Source: Heteronotia binoei (Eukaryota). From it: a DNA stretch of 64,000 nucleotides. The translations under genes were made by a program, and so were the position numbers. The notes under the pieces are model-generated. The model saw only the letters and a program-made list of their open reading frames with translations. It searched no databases and had not been told where the DNA came from. Shown piece after piece: positions 27,883 to 39,849 of the stretch (position 1 is the first letter of the stretch; each line of letters opens with the position of its first letter). The DNA is taken from NCBI RefSeq assembly GCF_032191835.1, contig NC_083236.1:71176001-71240000 (forward strand), given 5' to 3'.

Positions 27883-30800
27883 GTACCACTTCTTTCCCCC
27901 ACATAGGCAGACACACTTCCCCGGACTTTGCTGTTCCCCTGGGTGGACGCCACACTGCGCCCTTCCCCCCCAGCAGCCCTATCCTGGTTTGTGGGCAACA
28001 CCGACTCTTTCTTTCCCTGGAGAAGATGATGCTTCTTATCAGAGGGGATTGACAAAGGGGGAAAAGCTGTCACAGACTGTTCTCCCTGTCAAAGATGGAA
28101 AGCCCCTGAATTGCTTTCCTGACGTTCAGGGCTCCCTGGCCCATGTACAGCAGACTGGCAATGTTCCCTCAGTGGTGTTCTGGAAGAGCCCTGCCCTCAG
28201 ACTAGCAAGTTCTGTTGAAGACTTCCCATCTTGCATCTTCCCCCATTTGTTCATTTTCCTCAGGTTATTCCAGGCCATGAGATGAAGATCCCGGAGTCTC
28301 TCTGCTGGGCTGGAGAAAATCGGCTCTTTGGCGCAGGCCTCAGTGGAGAGATCATTGAATATGACTTGGAGAAGCTGTGTGTCAAATATACATTGGATGC
28401 CTTTGGAGGTCCTCTTTGGAGCATGGTGGCTGATCCAACTGGGACTCAGTTAGCGGTGAGTGCCTCTTGTCCCACCCCCTTAGCAAAAGATGCCTCCTGA
28501 GCAGGGCATAAGCAGCTGTGGTCTGTTGTCCACCGGATGTCCTGCAGGTGACTGTGAGGAGGCAGAAGAAGCCTGGCTCCCAGCTCTGCTTTGGAAAGGC
28601 TTGTGATTGGTGAGCAGCAGGTGCTTTTGTGACTGCTCCCTAGGAACTGTCTCCACTTGTAGCGATGGCATCCTCCCCTCCCCCGTGCCGTTTGGTAGAG
28701 GGGAGAAAGCTGATTCGTGTTCTCTTTCGTACAGGTTGGATGTGAGGATGGATCCATTAAGCTCTTCCATGTCTTACCAGAAAGGATCCAGTTTGAGAGG
28801 AGTTTGGATCGGCAAAAAGGTTGTGTATAGGGGTACGGGTGGACAACTGGACCAATAGCCAGTGTTGTTACTGCGGCCATCCAGCTGACCAGAGAAGGCC
28901 TACATGCAGGGCTGCAGAGGTCCAAACCATCTCTGGTTATTTGTCTCTAGCAACGGGCACCAGAGACGCCTTGCATCCTGGAGGCTCCACTTCGTCTTCT
29001 AATCTAACTGATCATAGAATCACAGAGCTGAAAGGGGCCATACTGGCCATCTAGTTCAATCGCCTGCTGAATGCGGGATCAGCCTAGGGGGCAGTATTCC
29101 TCAGTGGGCTTCCCCAGGCTTTTGTTGTTGTTGTTCCTTTTTGCAGTTACCTGGCCTAGTGGTTATCCCTGCACTCGCAGTGGAGTTCTTCAAGTTAATT
29201 TGTTTGAAGATAGACCTTTTTTTGATCCTTTATAATTTTGCAGCCCGCATATGTAATCGAATGTGCTAATTTTCAGTATTACAGAAACATGAAAAAAAAA
29301 CTCTTTTCCCTTTTTTTCTCTTAATCTTTTCCTCTCATATCTTGTCTATAATGTTATAAACCTCTATCATGTTTTCTTTTAGTTATCTTGCCCCTAAACT
29401 GTACATTTTAGGGATTTCCTTCATACAGAAGTTTTTGTCAATTTCTATGGTATTTTGTCTTTTTTTTTGCCCCCTTTCCAGCCCTGTGGTTCCTCTTTGG
29501 AGGTGGAATGACTCAAGCTGTACACATAGAACCACAGAGTTGGAAAGGACCTCCTGGGTTATCTAGCCCAGTCCATCTTGGGAAAGATATTGCACTGCTG
29601 GAAAAGCTGCAGAAAGGGGCATCCAGTTCAAAGGACTCCAGAACACAAGGGGGAGAGTCTGCCATTGTCCTGGCCACTTCCCTCTTGGGAGCTGCTTTGA
29701 AAAAGAGTGTGTGGAAAAATATTTTGCATGGGGTGCACGTAGGTGCCAGGGCTTCAGAGCGGCTCTGTGTGCTTTGAGGTTCGCTGGCCCACAAGAAGAG
29801 ACTGTGCTCATTGGGGCTGTTTGAAGCTCCTAGAGGGGCCTCTCTCACTCCACCAGTCTTGCCTCTAAGAGTTTCATCTTGCCTGCAGGCCGCATCGTGT
29901 CCCTCTTCTGGCACGCCTCCGGGGCCAAGATTGCTGCTGGCTCCATTGATGTCATCCGGGTTTTTAATGTCCAGTCAGGTGAGTCAGAATCAGGATGGCT
30001 AGAGCTGCCATGGATGGCCAGGGAAATGGGGTGGGAGAGGAGAATCCCCATGGGTCAAGTTTACGTCCTTTAGTTTGGGAACTGAAGCTAGAGACCTCCT
30101 CTCCCTTTGTGGTCCACTGTGATCTTTAACACCCAAGGGTGGCAGTTCTGGTCTGTGTTGGCACAGGTCCAGCTGGCACAACAGGTCACAGATGTGGGCG
30201 TTCTGGGTGGCTGCACTGTGGCCATGTGCTTCCTCCCTTAGCGGTTTATCAGAATCCGGGAAGGAGCATTTTGCTTGAGCAGGCCACCAAAGAGGATCCA
30301 TACAGATTACTCTCAGACAACAGATGCATTTCTGCTTGCTGATGATGGTGTTTGGATAGGTCATGTTGGCAATCCCCTTGTCTTTCCTTCTCCCTCTGTA
30401 AAGGGTCTGCTGCCTTAGAACTGGTTATGTCGGTGGGAAGAAAGACCATGCAGGCTCTTTGCTTCTGTCCTGCCAGGTCCTGGGGGTCCACATTGCTCTT
30501 TTCCCCCTTGCAGTCTCTGTTGTCTTGTTTGCAGGCCGTGCAGTCCATCGGCTTCTTGTGGACAGACGCCTGACAGGCGCCCACAACCGGGAGTGCGTAG
30601 TGTGGAGTGTGGTCTTCCTGTCAGACGGCACCATAGTCAGTGCGGATTCCTCCGGGAGGGTGCAGTTCTGGGATTCGGAGATGGAGACGCTGCTCCAGAC
30701 GTCTGTTGTCAGCAGCTCTGCCGTGCTGTCCTTGGCTGCCTCTGAGGTAGGGGACTGGAACCCCGAAGGCTTTAGCCAAGGGGTGGGGATATGCATTGAA

Positions 30801-33800
30801 GCTGGAGAAAGAAGAACAACAACATGAGGAGCTCCTGATGCATCCTGTGGGAGGACTGACGTACAGGGTGGTATATTGATAGTTTTCTTACTCACAAGTC
30901 GTTCCATGAACCAGTGGAGTAGTCAGGTGAGCCATGGGGGGAAATGCCAGAACATTCTTCCCCAAGGTAGAACTGCTTGCTGCCGAATAAACCTGTGGAG
31001 CCAGACTGCAGGGGGCACTTTCAACCAAGTCCAGGGGTTTGTATGAGCACAGTCCCTCCAGAGGGAAACGGGGGTGGGACAGGCCTGTTGGTTGCAGTGG
31101 GCAAAAGCACTCCTGTTAGGCAGTGGCCTCTTTGGAGGGGCAGCAAAAGCAGGAAGACAACGTTTTGGGGTCTGGCCTGATATCCTTGTTGGGGCAGCTG
31201 ACAGTCTGCTGCAGGCAACCCGGTGACAGAGTGAGATGGACCTTCGCTCTCCTGCAGGGAGCTGTGTGTCGGGTGTTGTGTGACTTGAACATAAAACTAA
31301 ACGTGGTGTTTTCTTGCAGCAGTCGCACCTCCTCTGTCTACACTGCTCGGTGCTGCCTGCCCAGCTGGCTCACCCTAGGTGCCCTAAGTGACCCTCGTGT
31401 TCTTCCTCCTTCCCTTTGCAGGCAGAAGACAGCCTTGTAGTTGGCACATCGGAGGGGGCTGTGTACCAGTTCCAGCTGCTTCCAGTGAAGGCGGGCAGTG
31501 CCAATCGCCAGTGGGTGCGGACAAAGCCATTCCAGTACCACACGCATGATGTGAGGGCTGTGGCACACACGGCCACAGCGCTCATCAGCGGAGGTAGAGT
31601 GCAGCAGGGAAATTCTCTCTCCCGCCTGTGGTGGGGGCGCTCATCTGCAGTGACGTGGCCTGGTTTGACATATGGCTGCCACCTTCTCCTCCTCCTCCAG
31701 GATTAGATGGGCAGCTGGTGATCCGGCCACTCATGGAGAAAGTGGAGTTCCGGAGCTACGAAGCCGCTGTTCGGAAAGTCACCTTCCCCCATGTGAGTCG
31801 CTGGGCTGGAGCCCTGCAGCTGCTTGTGCCACAAGTTGTGCTAGTCCCCCCCTTCCCCCAGAAGGATGCAGACCCATTTTGTGCTGGGGAAGGAAGGCTG
31901 CTCTCCTGCTCTGACGCTGCGCCTTTCTGCTTTGCAGAGGCGCCTTGTCTCGTGTGCCAGGAAAGCCCGTCTCCTCCTCTTCCAGTACCCACAACATCTG
32001 GAGCTCTGGAGACTTGGGGCCACCAATGCCACAGGTGAGAGCAAATGGTGTGGTCCAAAGCTTTTTAGGCACACATGCCCTTGGGCAGCATCTTGCCCAG
32101 GTGGAACCTTCTCTGTCTCTCTAGCTGGGGGGGTTGTCAAGGAGGTGCAGAAGGGATTTGGGCCCACTCTGGCTCATGGGCAAATTTTGCTCTTGCTGTC
32201 TGTCCTGAGTCCCCAGCCTCTGGGCCCTGGCTCAGTGTGTCTAGCTACTCTTGTTTCTTGCTCCAGGAAGAGACGGGGAAGTCTTGCCAGTGTCCAGCCC
32301 CCCTGAGCACCTGCTCCAGCTCAAGAACAAGGTGAGGGCATCGGCTAGGAAGGTGCTGGTGTGTTTCAGTTCTTGCCTTGCCTCCTCTCTGGTGACTGGA
32401 TGGGCAACAAGCAAATGCCCAGTTAAAACGTGTCCCATTTGTTAGTACCAGGCCCAAATTCCCTTGCATCCAGGGGGCTGCAGTAATCCACAGTGGTCCT
32501 GAAAGAGGCTGAGTTCCCCACAGTTGTGGGCTTGGCTGCTGCAAAGATTTGGGCTGCTTCCCCCTGGCCGGGGGATGAAGCCCTTGTTTGCTTCACCCCT
32601 CTTCTCTCGCCAGGGCCCTGAGCACATCCGCAGCAGCTGTGTCTCTGCCTACGGCACCTGGATCGCCTACTCCACGGCTTCCCGACTGTGCCTCTACAGG
32701 GCCCAGCTGTCTGGCGAGCACTTTGCCCTCCAGCGGGTGAGTGGTGGGGAGCAGGGGTTGGGCCTCTGGAGCCAGGGGGCAGCCGTGCTGACCCTGCCTC
32801 ATCTCCCTGAAGGTTCCCAAGGTGCCAAAGGTAGCTCGTGGAGCACACCAGCTTCTGTTCTCTGTGGACTCGACTCGGCTGTTTGTGGCGTCGGATCGGG
32901 GCTCTGTGCACATCCTCAAGCTCTTGCAGTCGGGATCCTGCAAACATCTGTACACCCTGCAGCCCAGCTCAGGTGAGAGCACCTTTTTCTCTCAGTGGGG
33001 GGAGGGGGGGCTATTCTGGTTAGTACATTAAAAAAACAAGAACCAATAAGAATTTTAGTGCTCTAAAAAGCAAACAAACAAGAAGGAACTGTTCATCCCG
33101 GGACGTCAGGCTTGGCAGAGGTGGTTTTATTCACTGCCACAGGAGGTGTGGTGGCTGCAAGCACAGACAGCTTCAAGAGGGGATTGGATAAGCATCTGGA
33201 GCAGAGGTCCATCAGTGGCTATTAGCCACAAGGTATAGATGCGACTCTCTCTGAGGCAGTGGTGCTCTGTATTCTTGGTGCTTGGGGAGGGGGGAAACAG
33301 GGGGAGGGCTTCTAGTGTCCTGGCCCCACTGATGGACCTCCTGATGGCCCCTGGTTTTTTTTTGGCCTCTGTGTGATGCAGACTGTTGGACTGGATGGGC
33401 CATTGGCCTGATCCAACAGGGCTTCTCTTCTGTTCTTATGTCTGGGGCAGTGATGCTCTGTATTCTTGGTGCTTGGGGGGCACAGTGGGAGGGCTTCTAG
33501 CCCCACTGACGGACGGATCTCCTGATGGCACTTGGGTTTTTTGGCCACTGTGTTGGACTGGAGGGGCCATTGGCCTGATCCAACAGGGCTTCTTTGATGT
33601 TCTTATGTGATACAGAGTGTTGGACTGGGTGGGCCACTGGCCTGATCCAACAGGGCTGATCCACTGGCCTGATCCAACAGGGTTTGGTGTAGTGGTTAAG
33701 TGTGCGGACTCTTATCTGGGAGAACCGGGTTTGATTCCCCACTCCTCCACTTGCGCCTGCTGGCATGGCCTTGGGTCAGCCAGAGCTCTGGCAGAGGTTA

Positions 33801-36800
33801 TCCTTGAAAGGGCAGCTGCTGTGAGAGCCCTCTCCAGCCCCACCCACCTCACAGGGTGTCTGTTGTGGGGGAGGAAGATAAAGGAGATTGTGAGCCGCTC
33901 TGAGACTCTTCGGAGTGGAGGGCGGGATATAAATCCAATATCTTCTTCTTCTTCTTATGTTTTTATTCTCCCAACTGACCTGCGAGGTTGGTTAAGCGGA
34001 TTGTGTGTGGCTACCGCTAAGTCACTCCTTCAGCTTTATGGCTGTGGGAGGATTTGAACCCAGCTGTTTGCACATTTCACCGGATGTGGTGGCAGCTTGT
34101 TTGTTCTTGGTGAGCCTCCTTAACGCTGTGGCAAAGAGACCTCTGTCTGCTGCCCATAAGCCAGCCATGCCGGTGGTCCCAACTCAATGAGCGCCGAGTG
34201 TGTTATCTGTAAGGAATGGGGCCATATTCTTGTCTCCTGATGCCTTCGCCTCGTTCAGTCGTTGGAAGAGTCCCAGGGACAGTTTTCTGGCGCCCTTTCC
34301 AAGAGCAGAGCTGACCTCCCTCCCTCCCTCCCCTTGATGCACTGGCTCCATGAACTTGCTTTCTGGGACAGCTTCATTCCTGGCTCCTGTTTCCTGCCCC
34401 TGCAGAGTCCCCGGAAGCTGCTGTCTTGCTGGCTGTGAGTGCTGATGACAGGTGGTTGGCTGTTGCGAGTGGAGGCGGGACAGTCAATGTCTACAACCTG
34501 CAAAGAGCCAAGGTGAGCCCAGCCCTCCCCTCGCAGAGGCAGGAGGACCTTGCTTGTGGGGCCGCCCAGCAAGGGAGGGCGGGAGCTGGCTGAGTTCAGG
34601 CTGGCCAGTTCGCTGTCTGCTCTTGATAACGCCTCTCTTTGTCCGTCCAGCCTCACTGCGTCCTGCCTGCATACAACTGCCCCGTGACTGCCCTGGCTAT
34701 TCATCCAGTGACCAACAACCTCGTCGTTGCCCATTCAGACCAGCAGGTGAAGCCTCCTGTGTTTTGGTGTGCTGGAGGGGATGTTCTGTGCTGCCCCTCC
34801 CCCCCTGCTCTTCTGATCCCCCCTCGCTGGTTGCCCAAGAATCGCCAGCTGCCGCTCTTGCCTTTCACACAAACGCAGAATGCTTTGTCCTCAGTCATCC
34901 CCACTTCTGCCTTTGTCAAAGGGTCTCTTCGACACGTTCAGCGTCTGCAGTGCAGCTGAGCAGAGGGGCACCCCTTCTCTCTTTTCCAGGTGCTTGAGTT
35001 CAGCATCCTGGACAAAGCGTACACGCCCTGGAGCCGCAAGGTGCAGCAGCAGGGGCTGCACTGCGACTGGCTGGAGCGGGACACGCCCATCACTCACATC
35101 GCTTTCCCCCCCAAGCAGGATGACCAGGTGCTGCTGCATGACACTCACATGCTCTGCCTTCTGGACAAGTCCCTGGTGAGTGGGGGAAGGTGGGCGGGCC
35201 TCCTCATGCAGTCCCTGCAGAAGAGAAGCCCTGTTGGGTCAGGCCAGTGGCCCCTCCAGTCCAACACTCTGTGTCACAGAAGAACATAAGAGAAGCCATA
35301 TTGGATCAGGCCAATGGACCCTCCAGTCCAACACTCTGTGTCACATAAGAGAAGCCCTGTAGGATCAGGCCAGTGGCCCCTCCAGTCCAACACTCTGTGT
35401 CACATAAGAACATAAGAGAAGCCCTGTTGGATCAGGCCAATGGCCCCTCCAGTCCAACACTCTGTGTCACAGAAGAACATAAGAGAAGCCCTGTTGGATC
35501 AGGCCAGTGGCCCATCCAGTCCAACACTCTGTGTCACATAAGAGAAGCCCTGTTGGCTCAGGCCAGTGGCCCCTCCAGTCCAACACTCTGTGTCACATAA
35601 GAGAAGCCCTGTTGGCTCAGGCCAGTGGCCCATCCAGTCCAACACTCTGTGTCACATAAGAACATAAGAGAAGCCCTGTTGGATCAGGCCAGTGGCCCAT
35701 CCAGTCCAACACTCTGTGTCACATAAGAACATAAGAGAAGCCCTGTTGGATCAGGCCAGTGGCCCATCCAGTCCAACACTCTGTGTCACATAAGAGAAGC
35801 CCTGTTGGCTCAGGCCAGTGGCCCCTCCAGTCCCAACACTCTGTGTCACATAAGAACATAAGAGAAGCCATGTTGGATCAGGCCAATGGCCCCTCCAGTC
35901 CAACACTCTGTGTCACATAAGAACATAAGAGAAGCCCTATTGGATCAGGCCAATGGCCCCTCCAGTCCAACACTCTGTGTCACATAAGAACATAAGAGAA
36001 GCCATGTTGGATCAGGCCAGTGGCCCATCCAGTCCAACACTCTGTGTCACATAAGAACATTAGAGAAGCCCTGTTGGCTCAGGCCAGTGGCCCATCCAGT
36101 CCAACACTCTGTGTCACATAAGAACATAAGAGAAGCCATGTTGGATCAGGCCAATGGCCCCTCCAGTCCCAACACTCTGTGTCACATAAGAACATAAGAG
36201 AAGCCATGTTGGATCAGGCCAATGGCCCCTCCAGTCTAACACTCTGTGTCACATAAGAACATAAGAGAAGCCCTGTTGGATCAGGCCAATGGCTCCTCCA
36301 GTCCAACACTCTGTGTCACATAAGAGAAGCCCTGTTGGATCAGGCCAGTGGCCCCTCCAGTCCAACACTCTGTGTCACATAAGAGAAGCCCTGTTGGATC
36401 AGGCCAGTGGCCCCTCCAGTCCAACACTCTGTGTCACATAAGAGAAGCCCTGTTGGCTCAGGCCAGTGGCCCCTCCAGTCCAACACTCTGTGTCACATAA
36501 GAGAAGCCCTGTTGGCTCAGGCCAGTGGCCCATCCAGTCCAACACTCTGTGTCACATAAGAACATAAGAGAAGCCATGTTGGATCAGGCCAATGGCCCCT
36601 CCAGTCTAACACTCTGTGTCACATAAGAACATAAGAGAAGCCCTGTTGGATCAGGCCAATGGCTCCTCCAGTCCAACACTCTGTGTCACATAAGAGAAGC
36701 CCTGTTGGATCAGGCCAGTGGCCCCTCCAGTCCAACACTCTGTGTCACATAAGAGAAGCCCTGTTGGCTCAGGCCAGTGGCCCCTCCAGTCCAACACTCT

Positions 36801-38497
36801 GTGTCACATAAGAGAAGCCCTGTTGGCTCAGGCCAGTGGCCCATCCAGTCCAACACTCTGTGTCACAAAGGTGCCAAAAAACCCAGGTGCCATCAGGAGG
36901 TCCATCAGTGGGGCCAGGACATAAGAAGCCCTCCCACTGTTGCCTCCCCCCCCAGCACCAAAAATACAGAGCATCACTTGCCCCAGACAGAGAGTTCTGT
37001 CTATACCTTGTGGCTGATAGCCACTAATGGACCTATGCTCCAGATGTTTAGCCAATCCATAAGAACATAAGAGAAGCCATGTTGTATCAGGCCAGTGGCC
37101 CCTCCAGTCCAACACTCTGTGTCACACAGTGGCCAGAAAACCCCAGGTGCCATCAGGAGGTCCACCAGTGGGGCTAGAAGCAGAAGACCACAAGGCTACT
37201 GATGCAGGATGGCGTGGGGCTAGGCCCTTCCTACCCCAACAGAGTCCCATGCCAGACTACGACCAGAGCGTGTGTGCTGCTCCCTCAAAGGGAAAGAGTG
37301 ATGCTCAGAAACGTGGATTTCTCCCCCCCTTGGGAATGGCTGTGGCTCAGAGGCAGAGCATCTGCTTGCCATGGTGAGGATCTGCCTGAGACCCTGGGGA
37401 GCTGCTGCCAGTTTCGAGTAGACAGTACTGACTGATTCAGTACGAGGTGGCGTCACATATTCCTGGACATTCACAACAAAGGCAAATGCCATTTGGGGCT
37501 GTATCCACAGAAGCATAGTGTCCAGATCACGTGATGTGATGGTATCGCTTTGCTCTGCTCTGATAAGACCTCACCTGGAATATTGTGCTCAGTTTTGGTC
37601 ACCACATTTTGAGAAGGATATAGACAAGCTGGAACGGGCCTAGAAGAGGGCGACAAAGATGGTGAGGGGTCTGGAGACAAAGTCCTATGAGGAAAGGTTG
37701 AAGGAGCTGGGGATGTTTTAAGTACTTGAAGGGCTGTCTTAGAGAAGATGGTGTGGAATTGTTCTCTGTGGCCCCCGAAGGTGGGACCAGAACCAATGGG
37801 TTGAAATTAAAAGAGTTTCCAGCTCAACATTAGGAAGAACTTCCTGACCGCTAGAGCAATTCCTCAGTGGAACAGGCTTCCTCCTTGGGAGGGGGTGGGC
37901 TCTCCTTCCTCGGAGGTTTTTAAACAGAGGCTAGAGGGCCACCTGACAGCAATGAGGATCCTGTGAATTTAGGGGGAGGTGTTTGGGAGATCCCTGCATT
38001 GTGCAGGGGGTTGGACTGGATGACCCTGGAGGTCCCTTCCAGCTCTATGATGTAGCTGCTGGAAAACATCTCTCCTCTCCAGCCACTACCGGAAGACACG
38101 GCCGTTTTGTGCAACCAGCCATCGTTGAAGCAGCTGTCTGAGAAGGCCCGACATGGCAGTGCCCACGCCTTCAAGATCTGCAAGAAGTATCAGGTGGGCC
38201 CATCTGCGTGGCAGAGAGCGGGTGGGAATTTGGTGGGCACCTCGGGCTGGCCCGGTACCGCCAGCGGCCTGGCTTCCAGCTTGGCCTGCTGGAGTTGCCA
38301 GCAGCCTCCCTGGGGAATGGCAGTGAGGCCAGCCCCTGCAGCCCAAAGGCCGCTGCCAGCTTCTTGCCCTTTCCCTGCAGCCGCTGTTGTTTGTGGACCT
38401 GCTGGAGGAGAACTCCTTGGTGGTGGTGGAGCGGCCGATGATGGACATCAAAGCCCAGCTGCCCCCACCCGTCTACCAGAAGAAGTTTGGCACGTAA
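27727..38497 (+). CDS. UTP4: U3 snoRNA-associated protein 4 (cirhin), 16 coding exons: join(27727..27882,28264..28455,28735..28819,29889..29978,30535..30746,31422..31593,31701..31792,31938..32034,32267..32331,32614..32736,32813..32972,34406..34512,34651..34746,34990..35175,38083..38193,38381..38497)
   Basis: MGEFQVHRVRLF...VGCEDGS...WVRTKPFQYHTHDVRAV...AHAFKICKKYQPLLF...KKFGT*; all junctions GT-AG with continuous phase. Confidence 0.96.
28264..28455 (+). CDS. UTP4: UTP4 coding exon 2
   Basis: VIPGHE...DAFGGPLWSM. Confidence 0.94.
28735..28819 (+). CDS. UTP4: UTP4 coding exon 3
   Basis: VGCEDGSIKLF...DRQK. Confidence 0.93.
29889..29978 (+). CDS. UTP4: UTP4 coding exon 4
   Basis: RIVSLFWHASGAKIAAGSID. 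Confidence 0.93.
30535..30746 (+). CDS. UTP4: UTP4 coding exon 5
   Basis: CVVWSVVFLSDGTIVSADSSGRVQFWD. Confidence 0.94.
31422..31593 (+). CDS. UTP4: UTP4 coding exon 6
   Basis: AEDSLVVGTSEG...WVRTKPFQYHTHDVRAV. Confidence 0.94.
31701..31792 (+). CDS. UTP4: UTP4 coding exon 7
   Basis: LVIRPLMEKVE...RKVTFPH. Confidence 0.93.
31938..32034 (+). CDS. UTP4: UTP4 coding exon 8
   Basis: RRLVSCARKARLLLFQYPQHLELWRLG. Confidence 0.93.
32267..32331 (+). CDS. UTP4: UTP4 coding exon 9
   Basis: RDGEVLPV...HLLQLKNK. Confidence 0.9.
32614..32736 (+). CDS. UTP4: UTP4 coding exon 10
   Basis: GPEHIRSSCVS..GTWIAYST. Confidence 0.93.
32813..32972 (+). CDS. UTP4: UTP4 coding exon 11
   Basis: LLFSVDSTRLFVASDRGSVH. 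Confidence 0.92.
33118..33680 (+). mobile_element. CR1 family A 3' end with duplicated 3' UTR and tail units
   Basis: ggagcagaggtccatcagtggctattag ORF2 end, then repeated UTR and stem-loop units. Confidence 0.82.
33682..33956 (+). mobile_element. Squam3-like SINE fused to the CR1 tail
   Basis: Full head, core and (ttc)n tail. Confidence 0.9.
34406..34512 (+). CDS. UTP4: UTP4 coding exon 12
   Basis: LLAVSADDRWLAVASG..VNVYNL. Confidence 0.92.
34651..34746 (+). CDS. UTP4: UTP4 coding exon 13
   Basis: PAYNCPVTALAIHPVTNNLVVAHSDQQ. Confidence 0.94.
34990..35175 (+). CDS. UTP4: UTP4 coding exon 14
   Basis: VLEFSI...RDTPITHI...LLHD. Confidence 0.94.
35221..36868 (-). repeat. Tandem array (roughly 26 units of 67 or 59 bp) of the CR1 3' terminus, minus orientation
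   Basis: Reverse complement of the 23098-26640 unit; units with or without one agaacata octamer. Confidence 0.96.
36869..37160 (-). mobile_element. CR1 family A 3' end(s) from which the minus array extends
   Basis: Reverse complement of the ORF2 end and 3' UTR. Confidence 0.82.
37525..38050 (+). mobile_element. CR1 family B 3' fragment
   Basis: cctcacctggaatattgtgctcagttttggtcaccac...; tail ends about 30 nt before UTP4 exon 15. Confidence 0.82.
38083..38193 (+). CDS. UTP4: UTP4 coding exon 15
   Basis: PLPED...AHAFKICKKYQ. Confidence 0.93.
38381..38497 (+). CDS. UTP4: UTP4 last coding exon
   Basis: PLLFVDLL...VVERP...KKFGT*. Confidence 0.94.
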   Translation, partial: PLLFVDLLEENSLVVVERPMMDIKAQLPPPVYQKKFGT

Positions 38498-39849
38498 AGG
38501 AGCTCCCCGGCCATGGCCGCATGGGGTGTGAGGGCGGTCTCTGCTGCAGAAGGGCAGCCAGCCAAGCCACCTCTGGGCCTTCCAGGCTGCAGGAGGCCGG
38601 GGTAGCTGAAATCCGAAGCAGGTGAAGCCAGATGTCCTCGGACCCTGCCCGAGTCCAGCTCCCCTTCCTCTCCCCCTCGGCTCCATTTGCTTCTTTCTCC
38701 TGACGATTCTCAGACGCTGGAGACTGGCCACAATCAAGGCTGGGAAGAAATCTCACAGGGGCCTGAGGCTTCTGGCTTCCTTTGAGGCAGAATGGTCAGT
38801 GGCCTCTAGAGGGTTGAAGACTGCAGGGGCTGGCTCTCTTGGGCGGGAACTGATGCTTTGGAGTGCTGGAGCGACCCACAGCCAATGGGGTGTTGTGTGC
38901 TGAGATCCAAGCCGGCTTCTAAATGCAGTCTTCAAACGCCCCCCAGGGCTGTGGTGGCAGACGGGTGCCAGCCCTTTCATTCCAGCGGAGAAGGGGCTGC
39001 CCCTCACCTTAGGTTGCTGTTCTCTGTTCCTCCGGTGGTGGCGGGCATGTTGCAAAGTTTTCCAGACTCCTACAGCAGGAGAATTCTGCAGCTTTGAAAA
39101 AAATGCCACCTTCTGATGGGGGTGGGGGAGGATGAAGAGAAGCGGGCAAAGTAGCTTGAGCAGTTGCCTGCTGGCACCTTTGTGGAGATGGAAATCCAAG
39201 TGGGAGAACTGGGCTGAACCTGGAACATGTCGACTTCCATCCAGCTGTGAGCCTCCCACCCATCAGAGTCTCTGCGAAGGTCCTAATCGACTGCATCCCA
39301 GACTCGTGGCACAGATACAGCGCTATTGATTTTTGGCTAACTTAAGATGGACTTCTAAGGCTGTTGTGAAAGTAAAGTGTTGCTTCTCTTAATGTCTTGA
39401 ATTTTTTGAGCCTTGAATTGAAAGAATATAACACTTTTAAAATTAAAATTTTTGAAGTCATTTAACAGAATCCCCGAAGGTCAAAAGGGAAAAAAGTGTT
39501 GCTATTGGCTAATTTTAGGTGCTTTTGTCTATTGATAAATGCACCTTTGGGGGCACTGCTTCTGATGATTTGCAAAACGTAATGGTCAGCACTGTTAGCT
39601 AACCGGTTTTTTACTGTGTGTTCACTTCCCGCTTGTCTGATGTTAGTCAGTGGAGTCCCCATTTCACAGGCTGAAAACCCAAGCTGCCTCTAGCTGGAGC
39701 GCGAATGTCAGCTGGACTTGGGTGATCAGTGCCAAGAGCAGATGTTCACGGAGGCATCGCAGGAGGGGTTTCTGCCAAGAGACACGTCTAGCCTGTGGGC
39801 TGCCTCTAAGATCTGGCTGGCCCGCCTGGCAGCGCGAAGGGAGGGCACT

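Noticed and set aside
39430-39450. ATTAAA as UTP4 polyadenylation signal
   Set aside because: Plausible but one of several weak candidates about 950 nt after the stop; cannot be chosen without 3'-end data.
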